Shown piece after piece: positions 23,383 to 30,600 of a DNA stretch of 64,000 nt (positions within the stretch are counted from its first letter, which is position 1; each line of letters starts with the position of its first letter). The position numbers and the translations under genes are program-made. The notes beneath the pieces are model-generated. The model saw nothing but the letters and a program-made list of their open reading frames with translations, was not told the origin of the DNA and did no database searches. Source of the stretch: Alphaproteobacteria bacterium. Its GTDB lineage: Bacteria > Pseudomonadota > Alphaproteobacteria > SP197. Location of the stretch: the NCBI GenBank assembly GCA_965228895.1, contig OZ245842.1:3904001-3968000 (forward strand). The letters are read 5' to 3'.

Positions 23383-24633
23383 ATGACACTCAACGTCCAG
23401 AGCGCTCTTGGCCTTGTTGTCCTGATCTTTATTGCCTGGCTCCTGGGCGGGGCCAGGAAGAAAGGTGCGCTCAAGATCGTCGCCGTCGGTGTCGGCCTCC
23501 AGTTCGTTCTGGCGCTGATTCTGCTGCTCATCAAACCGATACGCGATGCGCTCTCCTTGGTGACCGACGCCGTCGAAGCGATGGCGGCGGCGACCGAGGC
23601 CGGGACAACCCTGGTTTTCGGTTATCTGGGTGGCGGCGCGACACCGTTCGAGGTGAGCAATGCCGGGGCCATGTTCATCCTGGCGTTCCGCGGCCTACCG
23701 CTCATCCTCCTGGTCAGCGCGCTCAGCGCTCTGCTGACCCACTGGCGCATCCTGCCATGGATCATCCAGGCGATCAGTCGCGTCTTGGAGAAGAGCTTCG
23801 GCATCGGCGGCGCGGTCGGCCTGGCGACCGCCGCCAACATCTTTATCGGATCGGTCGAAGCACCGTTGTTTGTCCGTCCGTATCTGGCGCGTATGACACG
23901 CAGCGAACTCTTCGTCCTGATGGTTGGCGGCGCGGCAACCATCGCCGGAACGATGTTTGTCATCTATGCCACCATTCTGGGCGCCGCGGTATCAGACGCC
24001 GCCGGAAACCTACTCGTTGCCTCTGTCATGAGCGCGCCGGCGGCCATCATGGTCGGTCTGCTCATGCTGCCGGAGACCGAAGCCCAGACCAGCGGCCATG
24101 TCGCCGTGACCTCCGAGGCAAGCGGCGCCATGGACGCAATCGTCCAGGGCACCGAACAGGGCATCAAGATCGTGCTCGGCGTCATTGCCATGCTGATCGT
24201 GCTCGTCGCCCTGGTCAGTCTGGTCAATCAGATCCTCGGCCTATTCCCGGATGCCTGGGGCGCACCGTTGTCGTTGCAGCGCCTTCTGGGCTACGCGCTG
24301 GCGCCCCTGGCCTGGTTGCTCGGCATTCCGTGGGCGGAAGCGGAAACCGCCGGTCAGCTTCTCGGGACCCGGGTTATCTTGACCGAGTTCGTCGCCTATC
24401 TGGATCTGGCCGCCCTGCCCGCCGGCACGCTGACCGAACGCAGCGAGATCATCCTGACCTTCGCCATGTGCGGTTTCTCCAGTCTTGCCGCGCTCGGCAT
24501 CATCATCGGCGGCCTGTCGGCCATGGTGCCCAGCCGGCGCGCCGAGATCGTCGCGCTCGCGCCGCGCAGCATCCTGGCCGGCGTCATCGCGACATCCCTG
24601 ACCGGCTGCGTCGTCGGGGTTCTGATCTCCTAA
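23383..24633 (+). CDS. NupC/CNT-family nucleoside:cation symporter
   Basis: ANIFIG, EAPLFVRPYL, ATIAGT, MSAPAA, LTEFVAY, MCGFSS motifs. Confidence 0.9.
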   Translation: MTLNVQSALGLVVLIFIAWLLGGARKKGALKIVAVGVGLQFVLALILLLIKPIRDALSLVTDAVEAMAAATEAGTTLVFGYLGGGATPFEVSNAGAMFILAFRGLPLILLVSALSALLTHWRILPWIIQAISRVLEKSFGIGGAVGLATAANIFIGSVEAPLFVRPYLARMTRSELFVLMVGGAATIAGTMFVIYATILGAAVSDAAGNLLVASVMSAPAAIMVGLLMLPETEAQTSGHVAVTSEASGAMDAIVQGTEQGIKIVLGVIAMLIVLVALVSLVNQILGLFPDAWGAPLSLQRLLGYALAPLAWLLGIPWAEAETAGQLLGTRVILTEFVAYLDLAALPAGTLTERSEIILTFAMCGFSSLAALGIIIGGLSAMVPSRRAEIVALAPRSILAGVIATSLTGCVVGVLIS

Positions 24634-24661
24634 ATCGACCGTTTGTTTGTTGGCCTTGCTC

Positions 24662-24704
24662 TTGACTCAATCGATATATCTAGATATCTAGAAATATCGA
24701 TTGA
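24662..24704 (+). promoter_or_regulatory. -35 box (TTGACT) plus 38-bp near-perfect palindrome, putative ArsR operator
   Basis: TCAATCGATATATCTAGAT|ATCTAGAAATATCGATTGA (24667-24704, one mismatched pair), AT-rich, 16 nt before the ATG of an operon that contains an ArsR gene. Confidence 0.75.
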
Positions 24705-24720
24705 CCCGAAGGAGACCACC

Positions 24721-25125
24721 ATGCGTCTGCACATTTCGATGCAGGTTAAGGAATTCGACAAAGCCATCCGCTTCTACTCGGGCCTGTTCGGCCAGGCGCC
24801 GACGGTGACGCGCGACAACTACGCCAAGTGGGATGTCACCGACCCCAACGTCAACTTCGTCGTTGAAGCCCTGGGCAACGAAGTCCGCGTCGACCACCTG
24901 GGCATTCAAGCGGAGACCAAGGACGAACTGACGGTGCTGGCCGGGCGCATGCGCGAGAGCGGGCAGCCGTTCCTCGATGTCGAGAACGCGCAGTGCTGCT
25001 ACGCGGATCTCGACAAAGCCTGGGTCAAGGGCATGGCCGGCGAAAAATGGGAAGCCTTCTTCACCCACGGCCAGTCGGAGCAGGAATACGGCGAAGACCG
25101 CGAACACTTGCTTGATATCATGTGA
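24721..25125 (+). CDS. ArsI/CadI-family VOC metalloenzyme, copy 1 (vicinal CC intact)
   Basis: MRLHIS, RFYSGLFG, YAKW..DP.VNF, DHLGIQ, CCYA..DKAWV, WEAF; AGGAG SD. Confidence 0.85.
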   Translation: MRLHISMQVKEFDKAIRFYSGLFGQAPTVTRDNYAKWDVTDPNVNFVVEALGNEVRVDHLGIQAETKDELTVLAGRMRESGQPFLDVENAQCCYADLDKAWVKGMAGEKWEAFFTHGQSEQEYGEDREHLLDIM

Positions 25126-25168
25126 CGTCAACACCGTCACAGCCGATCACAAGCAAGGAAGTCATCAC

Positions 25169-25975
25169 GTGGAAACGAATCAAACCGATACCGTCGCTTC
25201 GAGCCAAGGACGTTTGTCCGGCAAGAACGCCATCGTCACCGGCGGCGCCGGCGGCATGGGCCGTGCCGCGTCCGTGCTGTTTGCGCGCGAGGGCGCTGCC
25301 GTCACGATCCTCGACATTCAGAAAGAAGCCGGTGAAGAGACAGTCGACGAGATCGAGCAAGCTGGTGGACGGGCGCAGTTCGTCGAGACCGATGTCACCG
25401 ACACCGGCCAGATCGTTCGTGCTTTCGACAAGGCAACCACGACTTACGGCGAACCGGACGTGTTGTTCAGTCACGCCGGCACCATCATCGTGAAACGTTT
25501 CCACGAAACGACGGACGATGACTACGACCGCCTGATGGCGATCAACGCCAAGTCGTCCTTTCTGTGCTGCCGCGAAGCGATCCGGCGCTTTCTCGACGCT
25601 GGCAGGCCCGGGTCGATCGTTATCACGTCGTCGATCGGCGGCGAAAAAGGTTTCGCTCTGGAAAGCGTCTACTGCATGTCGAAAGGCGCGGTGCTGCAGC
25701 TCGCACGCTCGATATCCAGTGAATACCGGGACCAGGGCATTCGCTGCAACGCGGTCTGTCCGGGTTTCGTGAAAACGGCGCATGGCCTGCGCGAAATCGA
25801 TGAACTCGATGGTCTGGGACAGACCTGGGAAGAGGCCGCGCTTGCCGAATCGCAAGTCCGTATCTGCGAGCCCGAGGAAGTCGCCGCGGCGGCGCTTTAT
25901 CTGGCCTCAGACGACGCGAGCTTCGTCAACGGCACAGCGCTCTATGTCGATAACGACTGGTACGCGAAAGGCTAA
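25169..25975 (+). CDS. Short-chain dehydrogenase/reductase
   Basis: TGGAGGMG, SHAG, YCMSK catalytic motif, NAVCPG; GTG start after AAGGAAG. Confidence 0.88.
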   Translation: METNQTDTVASSQGRLSGKNAIVTGGAGGMGRAASVLFAREGAAVTILDIQKEAGEETVDEIEQAGGRAQFVETDVTDTGQIVRAFDKATTTYGEPDVLFSHAGTIIVKRFHETTDDDYDRLMAINAKSSFLCCREAIRRFLDAGRPGSIVITSSIGGEKGFALESVYCMSKGAVLQLARSISSEYRDQGIRCNAVCPGFVKTAHGLREIDELDGLGQTWEEAALAESQVRICEPEEVAAAALYLASDDASFVNGTALYVDNDWYAKG

Positions 25976-25998
25976 CCCATGCACATCCGGCAAACATT

Positions 25999-26253
25999 GT
26001 GAGTGAAGAAAGCGTCAGGGCGTTTGTGCTGCAGGCGCGCGACGACGAAACGCTCAAGGAATCCATGCGCCACGTCGGCTCATCCGATGACGTGGTCGCG
26101 CTTGCCGTCACAGCCGGTCACAGGTTTTCGGCCGACGACTTGGACAAGACCAACGTCGACCTGGCGGCCGAAGATCTGACGAAACTTGCCGTCCGCCGGG
26201 CCGGCTTCCGTGTCCAGCCTTATGGCGCGAAACACTGGTTCGGGTGGAAGTAG
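25999..26253 (+). CDS. Nif11-like leader peptide protein (possible RiPP-precursor-like peptide)
   Basis: MSEESVRAFV...DETLKE...DDVVALAVTAGHRFSADDL...DLAAEDLTKL matches the Nif11 leader pattern; 18-aa aromatic, cationic tail. GTG start with weak SD. Confidence 0.65.
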   Translation: MSEESVRAFVLQARDDETLKESMRHVGSSDDVVALAVTAGHRFSADDLDKTNVDLAAEDLTKLAVRRAGFRVQPYGAKHWFGWK

Positions 26254-26298
26254 TAACTCTGGCCGCCAAAGCGTGGCCTCTGCCAATGGAGCATTTGA

Positions 26299-26619
26299 AT
26301 GTCGTTTCTTTCCCAACACTTTCCTGAGTTCACATCCACGCTTACGGAAATGGACAAGGTTTACGAACAACACCGAACGATCGACCACAAGACCGACGAG
26401 CTCATCCGTTTTGCCTTGTCGATCAAGGCGCGCTCCAAACCCTGTGTCCTCAAACACTTCAAGGGCGCGGTCGACGCCGGTGCCAACGAATACGATCTCG
26501 CCTATATCCTCGCTCTGGTGATGCGCGAGGCCGCCGGTGCCGACGACTGCTGGACCCACGATGTCATTGGCGACTGGCAGGAGGTCATTTCCGGCAAGCG
26601 CGGCTGCGGTTGTCCTTAG
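26299..26619 (+). CDS. Carboxymuconolactone decarboxylase/AhpD-like protein, Cys-rich
   Basis: IDHKTDELIRFALSI...SKPCVLKH..GAVDAGA helical CMD pattern; additional DDCW and C-terminal CGCP; GGAG SD. Confidence 0.75.
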   Translation: MSFLSQHFPEFTSTLTEMDKVYEQHRTIDHKTDELIRFALSIKARSKPCVLKHFKGAVDAGANEYDLAYILALVMREAAGADDCWTHDVIGDWQEVISGKRGCGCP

Positions 26620-26629
26620 GAGGCATGTG

Positions 26630-27037
26630 ATGGGTGCTCTAGCGGAACAATGGGCGCAGTTGCGCGAGCTCTCGATGCGCGAGGACACGCTGGCGCTGGA
26701 AGAAGCAGCACAGGGTTTTGCCGCGGCGGGGTCGGAACCACGCCTGGAGGTGCTGCGTATCCTGATCCGCGCCGGCGAGGCCGGATTGACAATCGGCGAG
26801 GTACAAAACCGCGTGGGCTTTGCGTCCTCGACGCTGTTCCATCATCTGCGTTTCTTATCGTCGGCCGGCCTTATCGAACAGGTGAAGTCGGGCCGGACGG
26901 TGCACAACCGGGCGAACTTTGCCCGGATCGAATCGCTCGCGGCGTTCCTGCTGCACGAGTGCTGTTTCGAAGATCCCGAGTACGCACCCGACGGCAAGAC
27001 ACTCGGCTGTAAACCGCGCCGGCGTTCACAATCATGA
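26630..27037 (+). CDS. ArsR/SmtB repressor with C-terminal ECC...C metal(loid) site
   Basis: FAAAGSEPRLEVLRILIRAG..GL, STLFHHL..L..AGLI.Q, FLLHECC plus a later Cys; AGGAGG SD 6 nt before ATG 26630. Confidence 0.88.
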   Translation: MGALAEQWAQLRELSMREDTLALEEAAQGFAAAGSEPRLEVLRILIRAGEAGLTIGEVQNRVGFASSTLFHHLRFLSSAGLIEQVKSGRTVHNRANFARIESLAAFLLHECCFEDPEYAPDGKTLGCKPRRRSQS

Positions 27038-27056
27038 ACCCGAAAGGAGAAGACAC

Positions 27057-27497
27057 ATGAAACGGATCCACATGGGAATCGTCGTGACCGATTTCGACAA
27101 ATCGCTGAAGTTCTACTCGGACCTACTCGGCGCCAGCCCAACGCTGCTCAAGGACGGGTATGCGCGCTGGATGCTGGACGATCCCTGCGTCAACCTGAAC
27201 ATCAACGTTCAGGGTCCGGCGCCGGGCATCGATCATGTCGGTATCCAGGTCGACAGCGATGACGACGTTGCCGAAGCCGGCGAACGGTTGCGCGCCGCCG
27301 GTCATCTGGCAAAGGACGATAACGACTCGAACTGCGGCTACGCCGAACAGACCAAGGTGTGGGTCTCCGACCCCCAGGGCGTCGTGTGGGAGACCTTCCA
27401 CTCCAAGAAAGCCCTTGAGAACTATGGCGAAAATGATTTGCCCGACGACCTTATCGAAGAACTGCGCGACGGTGCCGGAGCCACAGCGCCGTCGTAG
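27057..27497 (+). CDS. ArsI/CadI-family VOC metalloenzyme, copy 2 (CG instead of CC)
   Basis: MKRIHM, YARWMLDDPCVN, DHVGIQV, NCGYAEQTKVWVSDPQG..WETF; AGGAG SD. Confidence 0.87.
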   Translation: MKRIHMGIVVTDFDKSLKFYSDLLGASPTLLKDGYARWMLDDPCVNLNINVQGPAPGIDHVGIQVDSDDDVAEAGERLRAAGHLAKDDNDSNCGYAEQTKVWVSDPQGVVWETFHSKKALENYGENDLPDDLIEELRDGAGATAPS

Positions 27498-27522
27498 ACG
27501 AGCTGCCGGGCCGTAGAAATCC

Positions 27523-27559
27523 ATCTGGGGCGAGCCGCGATAGGCGGCTTGCCCCAGAT
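27523..27559 (+). terminator. Strong hairpin closing the ArsR islet
   Basis: ATCTGGGGCGAGCCGC-gatag-GCGGCTTGCCCCAGAT, a 16-bp stem with one G-U pair; no clear U-tract. Confidence 0.5.
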
Positions 27560-27682
27560 TGCCACAATCACACCATGGTCCAGCCGCCTTCCTGTGCCAT
27601 AAGATGGTCGGCGAAGGCATGGGGTCGCTGAAACCATCAAGACCCGCTGCAGTGCCTTCGCCGAAAATCGGGAGGGTTGGCG

Positions 27683-30600
27683 ATGACGGCACGTGGGTTG
27701 GCGACTGTCTGGTGTCTGGTACTTTTGGCCATGGGGCTATCGGGGCCGTATGCCCTGGCACAAGACACCAAGACACTTCCCAGCCTGGAGGTCACCGACC
27801 TCGCCGTCGATCCCGAGAGCGATCCCCCGCTCGCCTGCATCAGCTTCGATGAACGGCTTGCCGAGAGCGAAGGCCTCGACTGGAAGAGTTTCGTCCGCAT
27901 CGACCCGGACGCCGATATCGCCATCACGGCACGGCGCAACTTCCTGTGCCTTGAAGGTCTCAAACACGGTGAGCGTTATGACGTCACCCTGAAAGCGGGC
28001 CTGGCGGGCACCACCTCGGCGCTGGCCGAGGACGTGCCTCTGCAGATCGTCATGCCCGACCGCGCGCCGACCGTGTCCTTTGCCGCCGGCGACGATGTCT
28101 TGCCGCGCGTCGGCGTCCAGGGTCTGCCGGTCACCACGGTCAACGTCCCGATCCTCGTGTTGAAGGTGTTTCGCATCAACGAGCGCGCCGTCGCGGCGCG
28201 TGGCGGCAGCGACCTGCAGGGCGGCGAGGTCTATTCGTGGACCCTGGATGATCTCGAGAACGAGAGCGGCGAGCTCCTGTGGTCCGGCGAAATGGATATC
28301 GCCGGCACCATGAACAAGGACGTGCGCACCGCCATCCCCTTGAATGAGGTGATCGGCACCCTGGAGCCCGGTCTCTATGTCGCCACCGCCCTTGATGCCC
28401 GGCGCGCCGATGACGACTACCCGGCCTGGGAAAGCCAGCCCTTCATGGTCTCGAACCTGGGCGTGGCGACGGCGCTTGGCGATAGCGGTCTGGACGTCAC
28501 CGTGCGTTCGCTGGCCGATGCGACGCCGCTGGCCGGCGTGACCCTGGAACTGATCGCGCGCAACGACGCGGTGCTCGGCACCATCGTGACCGACGCCGAC
28601 GGGTATGCGCGCTTCGATCCCGGCATGGTGCGCGGCACGGGCGGCAATCGGCCCAAGCTGCTGACCGCGACCGACAGCGAGGGCGACTACGTCTATGTCG
28701 ACCTTGCCTCAGCCCCCATTGATCTCAGCGATCGCGGCGTCAGCGGCCGCGCGCCATCGGGCCCGCTGGACGCCTATCTCTATACTGAGCGCGGCATCTA
28801 TCGGCCCGGTGAGACCGCCCATATCACCGCCATTCTGCGTGACGAAAACGGCGCGGCGGCGTCGGACCTGCCGCTGACCTTCCGCGTGCTGCGCCCCGAC
28901 GGTCAGGAGGTCCTGCAACGCACTTCGGCTGACGACGAAGACGGCGGCCATCTGTTGACCCTCGATATCGCGGGCAACGCCTATACCGGCACCTGGACGG
29001 TCGAAGCCTATGTCGATCCGGATGGCGCGCGGGTCGGCCAGGTCAACTTCCTGGTCGACGACTTCGTGCCGCCGCGCATCGAGGTCGAGATGTCGGCATC
29101 GCCCGACGTGCTCTCGGTCAAGACGCCGGAAGCGACCGTCGATGTCGAGGCGCGGTTCCTCTACGGCAGCCCCGCCGGCAATCTGGCGGCCGAGCTCAGT
29201 CAGGTGGTCGCCAAGTCGGTTCACCCCTTCGCCGATCTCCAGGACTACTATTTCGGCCTGGCGGAAGAAAACGTGCTGCCGCGTCAGCTCGACGACATCG
29301 CGTTCACGACCGATGACGCCGGCCAAGCGAGCCTGGCGATCGCGGTACCGCCCGACGAGGGCGTTCAGTCCCCCGTCGAACTGCAATTGCGCGCGACCGT
29401 CTTCGATGTCGGCGGGCGACCCGTCAGCCGTGAGCTGACCTTACCCATCGTCCAGCAGCCGATGCTGCTCGGCATCCGGCCCAGTTTCGAGGACGATCGC
29501 GCACCATGGCGCCAACCCGCCGAATTTGATGTGATCGCTGTCGACTGGTCGGGCCAGCGCATCGACAAATCGGGCCTGCAGTGGGATCTCTTCCGCGAGC
29601 AGTATGACTGGGTCTGGTACGAGGACGACCAGTGGCAGTACCGCGGCGTTCTCTATGACCGTCATATCGCGGGTGGACGCTTCGACGCCGCCGCCGATAC
29701 CCCGGCCCGGATCGCCGCCGAAATCGACTGGGGCTGGTTCCGGCTCGAGGTCTATGATGCCGAAACAGGGATCGCCAGCAGCTACCGTTTCCGTGGCGGC
29801 TGGTCCTATGGCGTCGCCGGATCCGACGGCACGCCGGACGCGGTGACCGTTACCTTGTCCGAACAGGTCTATGCGCCCGGCGACACGGCCGCCGTCTTCG
29901 TTCAGCCGCCGTTCGATGCCGAAGTCGAGATTGCGGTCATGGATAGCGGCGTACGCGACATCATGCGTGTGGCGGTGCCCAAAGAAGGCATGGAGATCAG
30001 CCTGCCGATCGAGGCCACGTGGTCGCCCGGCGTCTACGTCGTCGCGACCGCCTATAACAAGACGCCGATGGCCGACGAACTGATTTCGCGGCGCGCCATC
30101 GGCGCGGTCTGGATGGCCGTCGAGGAACCCGACCAGCGCCTGACGGTGACGATCGATGCACCGGACTCGATCGAACCCACCCAGACACTGGCCGTCCCGA
30201 TCCAGGTGTCCGGTCAGGCCGCCGGCACGAAAGCTTTCGTGACCCTGGCCGCCGTTGATGACGGTATCCTGCAGCTGACGCGCTTCGACGCGCCAGACCC
30301 GGCGAGTTACCTGCTGGACCAACGCCGTCTGGGCGTCGATCTACGCGACATCTACGGCCGGCTGATCGACCCCAGCGCCTCGGCACTCGGTCAGCTGCGC
30401 TCCGGTGGCGACATGATGCGCGGCGCCGGCGTCGGCTCGCTGCCGCAACGCTCCAGCAAGGTCGTCTCGCTCTTCTCCGGCATTGTCGAAACCGATGCGG
30501 ACGGGCGCGCGGTCATCGAGCTCGACATCCCCGACTTCAACGGGCGGCTGAAACTGATGGCGGTCGCGTGGACCGTGGCCGGCGTCGGCGCGGCCGCCGT

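Noticed and set aside
26618-26632. Start-stop mini-ORF ATG-TGA overlapping the arsR start
   Set aside because: Its ATG is only 1 nt from the AGGAGG, whereas ATG 26630 has optimal spacing. No evidence of a regulatory role.
24721-27497. Possible selenocysteine read-through in the Cys-rich islet genes
   Set aside because: The CMD, Nif11 and second ArsI genes end in TAG and the SDR in TAA. The two TGA stops fall at expected protein ends, not at Cys-equivalent positions.
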